A DNA stretch of 35,697 nt from Polyangiaceae bacterium (GCA_035063585.1 JAPSGB010000045.1:1-35697), one strand, 5' to 3'; positions 1 through 10,485 are shown, counted from the first letter of the stretch. Program-made: numbers and translations. The notes: a model not told the origin generated them from the sequence alone.

Positions 1-96
1 GCGATGCCGGATGACCGGCTCGCGCTCCTCATGACCGCCTACGATGAGTGCGTTCGCGAGCAAGCTCTCCTCCGCGAGGTATTCGGCCTGCTATGA
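1..96 (+). CDS. 3' end of an unidentified gene (partial, runs off the window)
   Basis: Frame 1 is open from base 1 (AMPDDRLALLMTAYDECVREQALLREVFGLL) to TGA at 94-96, with mostly GC-ending codons. Confidence 0.45.
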   Translation, partial: AMPDDRLALLMTAYDECVREQALLREVFGLL

Positions 97-289
97 GCGC
101 GAAACGAGGGGATGCTTCAGGGTTTCCATACCGGCCGGCTCTCGAGATGTTCCAATTTGAGAAAGGGCCGGCGTTCCTCTATGTAATGCAGTCCCAATTA
201 CAGCTGACACTTGCGATTTCTTGCTCTCGCTTGAATAAAGCATTCAGTAGACCGCGATTCGCCTTAGTCACTAATGGCGCATGCAGAAC

Positions 290-1153
290 TTACCGGGCCC
301 TGGCGACCGCATACAATTGAGGACTTATTGCGGGGAATCTTTCCAACAACTTGAACACCAACCTTCGAATCGCTTCTTCAATTCCTAACGCTCGTTCGTA
401 ACATACAACCGAGCCCACCTCTAGACATTCATATCCAGATTTTTCAATTATTTGCCGAAGCGAGTCCCGATTAAAATAGAACACATGCTCCCACGGCGAA
501 AACGAGTACCCACGTCGCGCCAATTTATGGACGGTCTTTTTCCAAGCTTGCGCCCCCCCGCTAGGAACTGCCACGAAAAGCAATCCTTCTTCCTTGAGGA
601 GCTTCCTGACCTGCGTTAGGTAATCGTAGGGATCACGAATATGCTCCAGGACATCCCACATTGTGACAACACTCGCACTCTCAAGGATTTCAGGCTTACA
701 TTCAAGAAACTGACCTACACTTACTGCACGTTCAACATCGAACCCTTTTCCCCTACAATACGCGACTTGTCCCAGAGAAGAATCATATCCGCACCCGGAT
801 ACACCTTGCATTCGCAAGAACTCTAGGAATCCGCCTGTTCCGCAACCAATATCAACCAACATTGCAGGATCAGTCAAGCGGCCATTGTGTCTTGACAAAA
901 TATCTAAGCATTGTGAGTATGCCTTGTGTTTATGCCGCCGGCTCATCTTGATATGAGCGTCGGTAACATCGCTCTCAGACATGTTTACGTAATCTGGAGA
1001 GACTTCCTCATAATGCTCGACAGTCTGGAAAGTTCGGCATTCCCTACATCGAACAACAGTGTATTCTTGTGTTCGGCGAAGCTCCTTTTGAACAATGTCG
1101 CAGCGCGCATTGCAAATGCGACATGACAGATCACTTTCTCGTGCTATCTCCAT
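290..1153 (-). CDS. Class I SAM-dependent methyltransferase (glycan-locus type, N-terminal CxxC...CxxC)
   Basis: VDIGCGTGGFL motif I, WDVLEHI motif and PWEHVFYF; low-GC DNA. Confidence 0.85.
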   Translation of the reverse strand: MEIARESDLSCRICNARCDIVQKELRRTQEYTVVRCRECRTFQTVEHYEEVSPDYVNMSESDVTDAHIKMSRRHKHKAYSQCLDILSRHNGRLTDPAMLVDIGCGTGGFLEFLRMQGVSGCGYDSSLGQVAYCRGKGFDVERAVSVGQFLECKPEILESASVVTMWDVLEHIRDPYDYLTQVRKLLKEEGLLFVAVPSGGAQAWKKTVHKLARRGYSFSPWEHVFYFNRDSLRQIIEKSGYECLEVGSVVCYERALGIEEAIRRLVFKLLERFPAISPQLYAVARAR

Positions 1154-1258
1154 AATCTATTGACCATTTCAACTATTCCCTAGAATTCCTTCACGATCTA
1201 GAAGTCTGGTTTCTGTCCAACCCCGAACAGATCCAGCCTGCGCGAACAGAACGGCCGT

Positions 1259-2395
1259 TCAGGCGGCGCCAACTGCCCGCCGAAACGCCGCCACCACCCG
1301 GGCACGCTCCTCATCCGTGAGCGAGGAGCCGCTCGGTAGGCAGAGCCCACGCTCGAAAATCTCCTCGCCCACGGCGCCCCCCCGGCAGCGGGCGGTTCGG
1401 TATACCGGCTGGAGGTGCATCGGTTTCCATACGGGGCGGCTCTCGATGTCCTCCGCCTCGAGCGCGAGCCGCACCGCTTCCCGGCTCACCCGAACCACCG
1501 CCGGATCGAGCTGGACGACCGTGAGCCAGGAGTTTGGCCTTCCCCTCGGCTCCTCCGGGATGAATGAGACGCCCGGGATGTCCCCGAGCGCTTCGCGGTA
1601 GAGCCGTGCGTTTCTCCGTCGCGCCCCCACCCGCTCCTGCAGCACCTCGAGCTGACCGCGCCCGACCGCCGCGAGGAGGTTGGAGAGCCGATAGTTATAA
1701 CCCACCTCTTCGTGCTGGTAGTGCGGCGCGGGCTCCCGGGCCTGGGTCGCGAGATGACGAGCTCGCGCGATGAGCGCGCCGTCGTTCGAGACGAGCATCC
1801 CTCCCCCGCTCGTCGTGATGATCTTGTTCCCGTTGAACGAGAAGGCCGCCATCATCCCGAAGCTCCCAGCCGGTTTGCCCTGCCAGGTCGCCCCGAGCGC
1901 CTCCGCGGCGTCTTCAATGAGCGGCACGTCGTACCGCGCGCAGAGCGGGACGAGCGCGTCGTAATCGGCGCACTGGCCGTAGAGATCGGTGACGACCACG
2001 GCCTTCGGCAGCGCTCCCCGGTCCGCAGCCTCTCGAAGCTCCTGTTCGAGGAGGTTCGCGTCCATGTTCCAGGTGGAGCGCTCGCTGTCGATCAGGACCG
2101 GGCTCGCCCCCTGATACACGATCGGGTTCACGGTCGCAGCGAACGTTAGATCCGACGCCACCACCTCATCCCCCGGCCCGACCCCGAGCAAACGCAGCGC
2201 GAGGTGCAGCGCCGCCGTCCCGCTCGATAGAGCGCCCGCATGCGCCACGCCGAGGTGCGCCGCCATCTCTCGCTCGAACGCGTCTACGTGAGGGCCGAGG
2301 GGCGCGATCCAGTTCGAGTCGAAGGCGTCGAGGACCCGGGCGCGCTCGGCGGGGCCCATGTGGGGAGGGGACAGTAGAATCCTCTTCAATGTCAA
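1259..2395 (-). CDS. DegT/DnrJ/EryC1/StrS family PLP sugar aminotransferase, PglE/EpsN-like
   Basis: ILLSPPHM start, SSGTAALHLAL, EDAAEALG, SFNGNKIITTSGGG (catalytic Lys), ESRPVWKPMH and GLCLPSG. Confidence 0.93.
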   Translation of the reverse strand: MTLKRILLSPPHMGPAERARVLDAFDSNWIAPLGPHVDAFEREMAAHLGVAHAGALSSGTAALHLALRLLGVGPGDEVVASDLTFAATVNPIVYQGASPVLIDSERSTWNMDANLLEQELREAADRGALPKAVVVTDLYGQCADYDALVPLCARYDVPLIEDAAEALGATWQGKPAGSFGMMAAFSFNGNKIITTSGGGMLVSNDGALIARARHLATQAREPAPHYQHEEVGYNYRLSNLLAAVGRGQLEVLQERVGARRRNARLYREALGDIPGVSFIPEEPRGRPNSWLTVVQLDPAVVRVSREAVRLALEAEDIESRPVWKPMHLQPVYRTARCRGGAVGEEIFERGLCLPSGSSLTDEERARVVAAFRRAVGAA

Positions 2396-2404
2396 CCCTT
2401 CGCT

Positions 2405-3532
2405 CTAGCGACTCCGCTGAGTCACGACTGATGAGAACACATCCATCAAGTGCTGAGCTGATTTCTCCCACGAAAATCGCTCTACGTTCCTTTCGCCCGC
2501 TCGAACGAGCCGGTCTCGCCACACCCCGTCAGTCCGAACACGGCCCATCGCCTCGACCCAGCCCCTGAGATCTGTCGGTTCGAGGAGGTGAGCCGCATCC
2601 CCCACGACCTCCGGGATCGAGGAGGTCTTGGCAGCGATTACAGGCGTCCTCGCCTGCATCGCCTCGAGCAATGGCAACCCAAATCCTTCGAAAAGTGAAG
2701 GGAAAACTAACGCCTTCGCGTTAGCCATCAGCTTGAACACGGTGCTCCTATCGACGAATCCCAAATGGTGAACGTGTTTGGTCAATCCCAGGCGAATGAC
2801 ACTCTTCTGAATCGTCGACCAATATGGCGTCTTCATGCCCGTAAAGACCAAAGCAACGTCCTGCATCCCTCGGTCGATCAGCCTACGAACCGCCTCCAGC
2901 AGGAGGCCGTGATTCTTATGAACGTTCGACGCCGCGGGGTAGTAGAAATAGCTTCCAAAGGCCCCGAGCTCGGCTATCCCGCCGCCGGGCTTGGGCAACT
3001 CCGATACCCAAGAACGGTCGACTCCCGAGTGTATGGTGACCACCCGCTCCCTGGGAACCCCATATACTTCGATGAAATCATTTCGCGTAAACTCGCTGAT
3101 CGCTACCACTCGCGCGCTTCTGAGCGCAGTCAGTCGGAATAGCGCGCCGCGGACCGCCCTATCCTTCCTCGAGAAATTATCCGGCAGTCGCACGTGCTGC
3201 AAATCATGCACCGTCGTCACCTGCGGGACCTGCAGCTTGCGTATCACGCAGAAATTCGCCGGTGACCATACCACGTCGACTCTGCAATCATTAATGGCAC
3301 CCCGCAATCGCGTATTTTCCACATATATCCTGCGAACTCGATTGTAGGCCCCGCCCCCGAGGACTACTTTTTCACTACTTAGTTCGAACCCCGCGACCGC
3401 CTCGTCAGAGCCAAATAGTACGATCTCTACATCCTGAGTTCCTTGCAGTCGCGCGAGTACCTCACGAACGTAAACCTCAGACCCCCCGACCAATCCCGGT
3501 CGCAAGAATGAAAGATTTATCCCAACACGCAT
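2405..3532 (-). CDS. Glycosyltransferase family 4 (MtfB-like)
   Basis: GGSEVY, TVHDL, HKNH and [16 protein letters not shown] motifs. Confidence 0.92.
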   Translation of the reverse strand: MRVGINLSFLRPGLVGGSEVYVREVLARLQGTQDVEIVLFGSDEAVAGFELSSEKVVLGGGAYNRVRRIYVENTRLRGAINDCRVDVVWSPANFCVIRKLQVPQVTTVHDLQHVRLPDNFSRKDRAVRGALFRLTALRSARVVAISEFTRNDFIEVYGVPRERVVTIHSGVDRSWVSELPKPGGGIAELGAFGSYFYYPAASNVHKNHGLLLEAVRRLIDRGMQDVALVFTGMKTPYWSTIQKSVIRLGLTKHVHHLGFVDRSTVFKLMANAKALVFPSLFEGFGLPLLEAMQARTPVIAAKTSSIPEVVGDAAHLLEPTDLRGWVEAMGRVRTDGVWRDRLVRAGERNVERFSWEKSAQHLMDVFSSVVTQRSR

Positions 3533-3710
3533 TTCTATCCGATCGTTCCCAGCTCAATGTGCGACTCCCCCCAATGGCCCCACAACAACTATAACCCACC
3601 CACAATCAATCCCGGCGCAATTGAAGCGAGCAAGCGGCACTTCTAGACTCCCAAGACGCAAGCTCCCTCTCGCACGACCTCGCTGCGCGACTAATGCGCA
3701 ATCATACCGT

Positions 3711-4498
3711 TCACCGAGGTTTCCGAAAATGAACAATCGGATCCCGAATAAGCGACCCTACATCGCTCTCCACGATCTCATACCCCCTACCGCACAACAT
3801 CTCACATGTTCGCTCCAGTCCGGCATTATACCATCTCCCGGGCCGCACCTCATCATCTTCCAGCAAATCCTTCTCTCCAAGAAACTGAATCCGATCAATC
3901 CGCTCCAACAACTTCTTCATGAGCAAGAATCGTCGAGCCCTTGCCACCGTCTTTGACACCGGGTTGTACCTACCGACCTTGCGAACAGCCCTATTGTACT
4001 TTTCTTAGTCTGCTATCATCCAGAAGCACTCTGCGCCCGGGCGCAATTTTTCAAATAGAGTCTCCGCATCTCTAGCCATCCCTTCGAACGACACATGACA
4101 GACCGCGCCAAACGAAAACATATAATCGAAATAGTCATCGGGCAACTCTCGCGCCTCGAAATCTCGGACCTGTAGGTAGCGCACATTTCGGCGGATGCCG
4201 ACATACTCGTTGAACCCATTATATTCCCCATCCAAGGCATCGATCGCCCAAACTTCACGGGCTTCAAGAAAACACTCTTTCCATGCGCCCCTACCTGGAC
4301 CAATTTCAAGTACCGTCGATGATGAGACAACGTAGGGCCGTATACACACGAGATACGTTACATGAAGGACGCTCATGAATCCCAATGGACCATAACCGGA
4401 CCAACTTACTGGCTCCGGGGGTCGCCCTCGCAATAGCCGCCTCGCCAAATACCTTGGAATGACTCGAGCTCCTCCTTGGACAACCAGCTATTTTTCAT
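3711..4498 (-). pseudogene. Disrupted class I SAM-dependent methyltransferase (one frameshift and one nonsense codon)
   Basis: ATG at 4498 gives MKNSWLSKEELESFQGIWRGGYCEGDP. The frame shifts at the G5 run 4417-4421 into ...EPVSWSGYG...VLEIGPGRGAW...FWMIAD. After TAA at 4005-4007 the same frame continues EKYNRAVRK...DPIVHFRKPR to 3711. Confidence 0.8.
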
Positions 4499-4539
4499 AA
4501 ACTGCCCTCGTCACGTTTCCAAATAGCCGACCACTCCCA

Positions 4540-5715
4540 TCAGAGTCCAACAATACAATCTAGCTCACGATGCAAGTTCGCTCGAAAACTCTCAGGTGCG
4601 AATCTATTACCGGCTAGTCGCCTATTTGCCTCGCGCATGCTCCGAAGCGCATCGTCTGGAACCTTCCGGCAACGGTCGATTGCCCGGTTCAATCCGTGGT
4701 CGTCCAAACTCTCGATTTCAATCGCCACGTCCCCTAGATCAAGATTTGCAGCTCGCGAAACGACCGGAACCAGGCCGTGCGCCATGCACTCAAGTATAGA
4801 TCCTGGTTGCCCCTCGGCACAAGTAGGTAATATTGCCCACGCAGATCTCTCAGCTATGCTCCTAAACTTCCTTGAACGCATACCGATGTGACCGTGGAAG
4901 TGTATAAAAGGAGAGCCGTGAATATAGCTCGTCATCGCCTCGGCGAATTTCGACTCAATCCGTTGACAAACGTGCAGATGTTCCGGCCCGTCTACAAATT
5001 TTCGCAATAACAAATCGAGACCCTTATGTACGTTACCGCCTCCGGCGAAGAAAATGAAACTGTCCCGAATCGGCTTATCATTGCCAATTCGATGCTCATA
5101 TCGAAGCGGGAACACCGCGTTATCAAGGGTTACGATACGCTTACCTCCGGGAAAGCTGTCTGCCGTGTCCCCATTCCCAATACATATCACAAACTCCGAG
5201 CGATCCAGTGCAGCTTGTTCGGATTCCGGTGCGTCTCGTTCCCGGGCAAGCTTGACTCCGGTTCTCTCGCCGAATTCCTGGAGCCTAACGTCTGCTCGGC
5301 GATTGTTCTCTTTCCAGTACATACCGGTGCCAAAATATATTCGTTTGCAATTTTTCCCCAACCCATCGCTCAATGAAGCGAAATTGTGACCGCCGTGACC
5401 AATGAAGACCTGGTAATCACCGCGAGGCAGCCAAGACCTGTTCCTATAGTCCACTATATCAACCGCAAAGCCGAGCATATTGAGGACCCGCGGGAGTTCC
5501 TGCGCAATTCCCTTGTTGCTAAATTCGCGTCTATTCCGAAACGGCCTCGGTGGTAAGACAGGCGTAGGAAGGTACGACAACAACGCTCGTCCTCGCCTCG
5601 TCGATATATATTCACAATAGTCGGAAATAACGAGTCTAGCGATGTTGTTCCGCGCGAGCTGTCTGAATTTCAACGACAAGCTCTTCTGGTATGCCATAAA
5701 CTTACTATCCTTCAT
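4540..5715 (-). CDS. GT-B fold glycosyltransferase (GT4-like)
   Basis: NVHKGLDLLL and EGQPGSILECMAHGLVP (ExxxxxxxE motif); operon context. Confidence 0.8.
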   Translation of the reverse strand: MKDSKFMAYQKSLSLKFRQLARNNIARLVISDYCEYISTRRGRALLSYLPTPVLPPRPFRNRREFSNKGIAQELPRVLNMLGFAVDIVDYRNRSWLPRGDYQVFIGHGGHNFASLSDGLGKNCKRIYFGTGMYWKENNRRADVRLQEFGERTGVKLARERDAPESEQAALDRSEFVICIGNGDTADSFPGGKRIVTLDNAVFPLRYEHRIGNDKPIRDSFIFFAGGGNVHKGLDLLLRKFVDGPEHLHVCQRIESKFAEAMTSYIHGSPFIHFHGHIGMRSRKFRSIAERSAWAILPTCAEGQPGSILECMAHGLVPVVSRAANLDLGDVAIEIESLDDHGLNRAIDRCRKVPDDALRSMREANRRLAGNRFAPESFRANLHRELDCIVGL

Positions 5716-5719
5716 GGAC

Positions 5720-7063
5720 CTAATAGTCCGTGGAACTCGGCAAGCGAGTCGTGGCGCTGACGGACGCGAGTTGGCGACGATACCCTTGCCAGAACGCGGG
5801 GACCTGAATCAAGGTGAGAATACTGAGTTGCACGATGAGGCAACCCAGGCTCCCGTACCAGTGCGCTGCCGCGTAACCGCCAACAAGAGTAATGAGCGAG
5901 CAGACTGCGACGAGCCTTGGAAACGGTTCCGTCTTTTGAGATCGGAAAAACACGGCGACCCCATTGAGTGATATCGTAACGACCACAATTGCCATCGCCG
6001 TGATGAATTCAACCGGGGGCAGAAGACGAGCACCAAGCCACGGTAGGAATGTCCTCAGCCCAAAGAGTCCGACAACCGAGGCCGACGCCGCAAGGAACCC
6101 GAGAAGGCAGGATGCAAAAAATGAGCGCCGAAACTCAGATAGGAATCTTCGCATATCCGCGCGGGCGAAGCAGGTTCCAAATTCGGGCAGGCGGGTTGTA
6201 GTCCAGTTGCCGGCGAGCGCCATAATTACGCCTGAGAGAGTCATCGTGAGTCCGTATTGTCCAGCGCGCTCTGGACTGACGACTCTGAACACAATGGACG
6301 TCATTAGGCTTGAGGTGAGGAACGGCCCAAGCCAACCCATCGCAACGCGCCATTGCAGAGGCCATAATTCCGCTCGCCAGATCTGACGGCCACCGGATGT
6401 CCTAACTCCAAATATGGAGACTAAAGTCCTCCAATGTATTATGCGGAGATACGTAAGCGCGGTGAGCAACCCGAAACCGGATGATATACTTGGTGCCCAA
6501 AGCTCTGCACCACCTAAAATTGCGACCCACAAGCTACCTTGCGCGACTACTTGCTGAAGAAATCGATAGCGCCAATACGAATCGGTTAGGTTGATGCCCT
6601 GGAGGAATGCGTAAGGAACGGAAATCGGCAAGGCCGCTGCGACAACGATCGACAAGGTCGCCCATTGTAGATGCCATGGTATCGCCCTGTCCTGGTCGCC
6701 AAACGTCAATACTCCTGCAACTACTAGAACGCCAACGAGGGCGCAGGCCCCGACAACGTACCAAGCAACCGCAAAGCGCGCTAGCGCGCGTATACGAGCT
6801 ACGACGTGCGAGTCGCCCGCTAGCTCCTGATTGGAGTCTAATCTGAGCTTTGCCCATTCGTGGCTTACGAACTGGACAATAGACTGGCTGAAGCCAAGCT
6901 CCGTCAGTAACCGTATCGTTAGTAGTGATCCGAAGGCATAGTAATATCCTTGTAAGGCAGGCGAGAACTTTGTGACAACCGCAACTGCGGTCAACGGTCC
7001 GGCAACTAACGCGAATAAGGTCCCCGCCGTCGCGTAAACGATTGACCGGGAGCTGGTATTCAT
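5720..7063 (-). CDS. wzx: Wzx-like oligosaccharide flippase
   Basis: 447 aa with many hydrophobic segments, LQGYYYAF and ELGFSQSIVQF near the N-terminus; lies between a GT and a polymerase-like gene. Confidence 0.7.
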   Translation of the reverse strand: MNTSSRSIVYATAGTLFALVAGPLTAVAVVTKFSPALQGYYYAFGSLLTIRLLTELGFSQSIVQFVSHEWAKLRLDSNQELAGDSHVVARIRALARFAVAWYVVGACALVGVLVVAGVLTFGDQDRAIPWHLQWATLSIVVAAALPISVPYAFLQGINLTDSYWRYRFLQQVVAQGSLWVAILGGAELWAPSISSGFGLLTALTYLRIIHWRTLVSIFGVRTSGGRQIWRAELWPLQWRVAMGWLGPFLTSSLMTSIVFRVVSPERAGQYGLTMTLSGVIMALAGNWTTTRLPEFGTCFARADMRRFLSEFRRSFFASCLLGFLAASASVVGLFGLRTFLPWLGARLLPPVEFITAMAIVVVTISLNGVAVFFRSQKTEPFPRLVAVCSLITLVGGYAAAHWYGSLGCLIVQLSILTLIQVPAFWQGYRRQLASVSATTRLPSSTDY

Positions 7064-7089
7064 TCAATTAGTTCTTGTGGGCCAGAAAA

Positions 7090-8589
7090 TCATACCTGCG
7101 GCCCGCGGGCAGGCCACTTTCTTGAGGCCAATCGTTCCAAATGAATCAAGAATAGTAAAAGGGTGAGCTGAAATGAGTATCCGAACGATATTAGACGGAA
7201 CGCTACGAAGATGTAGGTTGCAAAGGTTGCGGCGAACAGTTTAGCGTACACATCTGACCTTCGCATCAATGTTTGATCAACTACCCAACATATTATCCCG
7301 AGTGTCAGCCCAACCTCGACTAAGCCGAGCCATCCCCAGGCAATCAGATATTGTCCTGTTATGTAGGGGAGCGTATTACCACCGCGTTCTCTTATGTCTA
7401 TGCCCCAGATATAATATGAATGAATTACTACTGACTCCAGGTCGGGCTTATCTTGAAGAAGCACACGGGGGATTGGCCCGGCGAGGATGTTGAGTAGAAC
7501 ACTTTCGTGTGTCGGCGGTTCGAGGGTCATCTCTCGTAGCGCAAAGGCGGTGTGCGCCAGGCCGTCGGTGTCCTGAATAACGAGCGTGGCGTCCGAAAGC
7601 GCTTCGTCAAGATCCCCTGAGCTTCTTGCACTTCGCATGAAGCTGCTGGTGAACAACAGCAATGCGATTATCGGCACAATTGCCGGCGCCAATGTTAGCC
7701 CGGCAGTGCGGCCGCGCCGCCGATAGGAACGTATAAATAGTATTATGGGCGGGACGACGCAAAGCAGCAACTGACTACGCGTACCTGAGTCCATTGCCAC
7801 TGTGGCACTTGCAACGACCCAGAGCGACGCGAAGAAGACTCGCCGGAATGTTGAGGTCCGTTCGTGAATGAAGAGATAGCCCGATAGGATCGCAAGTAAG
7901 ACTCTAATCGTAGTCGTTAGGTTGTGAAAGGGAGTTAGGGATGTTCCGTAGTTTCCGTCTGCAGTCCATGGCTTTACAATAGATCGACCGCTTAGTAGAT
8001 TGCTCAGAGCCGCCCCGACTCCCCCAGATAGGCCCACGTAAAAGGCCACAGTCAGAATAAGGACAGTTCCCAGGAGAATCGGAGATCGCGCGAATCGGAA
8101 GGGAGCGCGCGGCAACACGTAGTTGTCAATCAACAGAGAAATGTTCTTGGGCAGCCTGACCAAGTAGCCCAATTGAAACAGAAATAGGAAGAGCGCTGTA
8201 ACGGCAAACGAGCGAGCGAAATCTTCCGGACCGAGAGTTAGCAATGCGCCGGACTCCACCCAGTCGACGCCATTTAGAAGACGCATGAGTCCTGGCAATG
8301 CGTACCAAAAGAGTATTCCAAGGTTGAACAGTATCCAGACCAGGTCGAATTGGGAGCCCCATAGCTGATACCCGATTGCTATATTGACGCTTACAGCCAA
8401 CGCCAGTGAAACGCTAAGTATATTACACAGATGGTTCGAAGGGCGGAGTTGGAGCGCGACGATTGATATCACCAAGAGTAGACTTGGAAGCGCGAGCGAG
8501 ATCCAAGGCCTTCCCAGGTTGTGCCTTGGGGGGAATTTCTGAGCCATTGGCATTTCGATGCGAAGGGAAACTCTTGTACTCGGCGACAC
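7090..8589 (-). CDS. wzy: Wzy-like O-unit polymerase (start codon uncertain)
   Basis: Polytopic membrane protein with SGTRSQLL, PIPRVLLQDKP and GQYLIAWGWLG, which resemble Wzy loop motifs; adjacent to the Wzx-like gene. Confidence 0.65.
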   Translation of the reverse strand: MSPSTRVSLRIEMPMAQKFPPRHNLGRPWISLALPSLLLVISIVALQLRPSNHLCNILSVSLALAVSVNIAIGYQLWGSQFDLVWILFNLGILFWYALPGLMRLLNGVDWVESGALLTLGPEDFARSFAVTALFLFLFQLGYLVRLPKNISLLIDNYVLPRAPFRFARSPILLGTVLILTVAFYVGLSGGVGAALSNLLSGRSIVKPWTADGNYGTSLTPFHNLTTTIRVLLAILSGYLFIHERTSTFRRVFFASLWVVASATVAMDSGTRSQLLLCVVPPIILFIRSYRRRGRTAGLTLAPAIVPIIALLLFTSSFMRSARSSGDLDEALSDATLVIQDTDGLAHTAFALREMTLEPPTHESVLLNILAGPIPRVLLQDKPDLESVVIHSYYIWGIDIRERGGNTLPYITGQYLIAWGWLGLVEVGLTLGIICWVVDQTLMRRSDVYAKLFAATFATYIFVAFRLISFGYSFQLTLLLFLIHLERLASRKWPARGPQV

Positions 8590-8710
8590 GCTTTACGTCT
8601 ACCGTTGTGCTCATTAGAGGTTGTGCGCTCGGCCGCTTTTCTTGTTCGGGTGAATTCGGTCCGGCGCGTGCTTCGGCCTAGTCGATTATCGCGCTTTCGT
8701 TCGAAGACGA

Positions 8711-9799
8711 TCACTCCGAAGGCGTTGTCTTCCAACCCAGCTCTTCGAGCTCGAATAGCGTAACGACAGTCGCTCGGGCCGCAGGTTTCGCGACAAGGGC
8801 GACCGCGTCGCTCCCTCCCGCTTTCTCGATGGCCCGCAGCTCTCGACCGAGGTCACGCCCCGTCCGACTCCCGAGCCCCCACACGAGCCGGTCATAATCC
8901 ACCGACCGCTCGCCCGAGTACTCCCAGTCCGTCAAGAGCACCCGTTCGCCGTCACGCGAGACGAGGACGTTGCCCGGCTGAAAATCCCCGTGCGATCGCG
9001 AGGTGAGGAGCGCGGTTCCGGTGGCGCGCGCGACGAGCTCGTCGAGGCGGCGCAGGGTCTTCTCCTTCACTCTGCCTTTCGGAGCCCGCTCGTCCCCCAA
9101 GAGCGCTCCGCGAAGTCGTTCGGCGAGCCCCTCCGCGTAGCGCCGCGCGTCCACTTCGCGCGTCGCCTCGCCTGACCACGCCTCGAGCAGCTCGAGCGCG
9201 CGCTGACCGAGCGCTCGCTGGCTGAACCATGGCGGGCAGCGCGGCAGCGCGTAGCCGTCGAAGATGGGCTCTTCGAACCACCCTTCGGCGACGTCGCTCC
9301 GCGTGATCGGGATGAAGGGCCCCACCGCGCCGCTGCCGCGAACGGCGACCTCCCGCTCGATCGCTGCTCGGCTGAAGCCGTCCTTCAGCACCACTCGCGA
9401 GCGACCCGACGCGAAGTCGAACATCCGGAGCCGGCGGTTCCCCGGCACCACCAACCGCTCCTCCGCGCCGGGGATCGCCGGCGTCACCGAGAACGCGACC
9501 GGCCCGGTCAACCGAAGCCCGACGCGAGAGGCGAGCGCGGTGCCGAGCAGATACTGCGGCAGCCGCCGGCGCCACACCGGCGTGTGTCGGAACTGATCGC
9601 GGAGAAATCGCCGCGGCGCGCTCGCGATACCCTCCACGAAGTAACCGCTGAGGAGCGGCTGCACCCGCCATCGCTGCTCGCCTGCCTCGCCCGGCTCCAC
9701 CCGAAACGAACGCCCGAGCTCGAGGCTCCACGCGCGCTCGAGCGTACGCACCACGATGCCGTCGATGTCCTCCCGCGCGCGGAGCTCGTGGAGCCTCAT
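8711..9799 (-). CDS. APH/choline-kinase-like phosphotransferase
   Basis: HGDFQPGNVLV (Brenner motif) and LTDWE; ATGA overlap with the upstream gene. Confidence 0.8.
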   Translation of the reverse strand: MRLHELRAREDIDGIVVRTLERAWSLELGRSFRVEPGEAGEQRWRVQPLLSGYFVEGIASAPRRFLRDQFRHTPVWRRRLPQYLLGTALASRVGLRLTGPVAFSVTPAIPGAEERLVVPGNRRLRMFDFASGRSRVVLKDGFSRAAIEREVAVRGSGAVGPFIPITRSDVAEGWFEEPIFDGYALPRCPPWFSQRALGQRALELLEAWSGEATREVDARRYAEGLAERLRGALLGDERAPKGRVKEKTLRRLDELVARATGTALLTSRSHGDFQPGNVLVSRDGERVLLTDWEYSGERSVDYDRLVWGLGSRTGRDLGRELRAIEKAGGSDAVALVAKPAARATVVTLFELEELGWKTTPSE

Positions 9800-10485
9800 C
9801 GCGCGCTCCGACCCCTGCGCCCGAGCGCCTCCGAAACGACTCGATGAAGCTCCGCGTGCACCGCCGCGATCTCCCGCGCGCTGTCGATCGGCGTGACCCA
9901 GGGCGCTCGCGCGCGCTCGGCGTAGGCGGCGTACCGCCGCGCCCGGATCTCAGGCGGATCCGGGAACGGCTCGTTCTTGAGCTCCATCCGGCGCAGCATC
10001 TCGGCCTCCGGGAGCAGGAGCAGCAGCTCGGCGTCCGGCCGCGGACACACGCGCGCCGCCGCGCCGAGGGCGCGGCGCGACGAGCCCTCGAGCGCCGGAA
10101 ACCGAAAGGTCAAGTCGAGACCCGCGTCGAAGAGGTACCGATCGCAGATCACCACCTCGCCGGCGAGCACCCGCCCCCGCACGACCGCCGCGTATTCGAT
10201 GAGCAGATCGCCGAGCGCCATCGCGAGCCACGCCTGGCTCACGCCCGGCCGCGCGAACGCCCGCTCGCGCGCGCCGCTCGCGGTCGCTCGGGGGAGCGCC
10301 CCCGGCCGGAGCCGGCGGACGGCCCGACGCAGCCGGTCGAGCCGCGCCGAATAACCCGGCCGATACCAGAGCACCCGCGTTCGATACCCGTCGCGCTCGA
10401 GCGCGCGCGCCAGGAGCTCGATCTGCGTGGTCTTCCCCGCGCAATCGACGCCCGAAACCGTCACGAGCCCGCCGCGCCGCTTCAC
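9796..10485 (-). CDS. Thymidylate-kinase-like P-loop protein
   Basis: SGVDCAGKTTQ P-loop and VICDRY motif. Start reassigned to GTG 10485, which overlaps the GT4 stop (GTGA). Confidence 0.8.
   Translation of the reverse strand: MKRRGGLVTVSGVDCAGKTTQIELLARALERDGYRTRVLWYRPGYSARLDRLRRAVRRLRPGALPRATASGARERAFARPGVSQAWLAMALGDLLIEYAAVVRGRVLAGEVVICDRYLFDAGLDLTFRFPALEGSSRRALGAAARVCPRPDAELLLLLPEAEMLRRMELKNEPFPDPPEIRARRYAAYAERARAPWVTPIDSAREIAAVHAELHRVVSEALGRRGRSAR

Noticed and set aside
150..8710. Mobile element or prophage explaining the low-GC region
   Set aside because: No integrase, transposase, tRNA target or terminal repeats were seen.
9796..10485. P-loop protein as the missing sulfotransferase
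   Set aside because: It has NMP-kinase motifs (GxDxxGKTT, DRY) and no recognisable PAPS-binding motifs.
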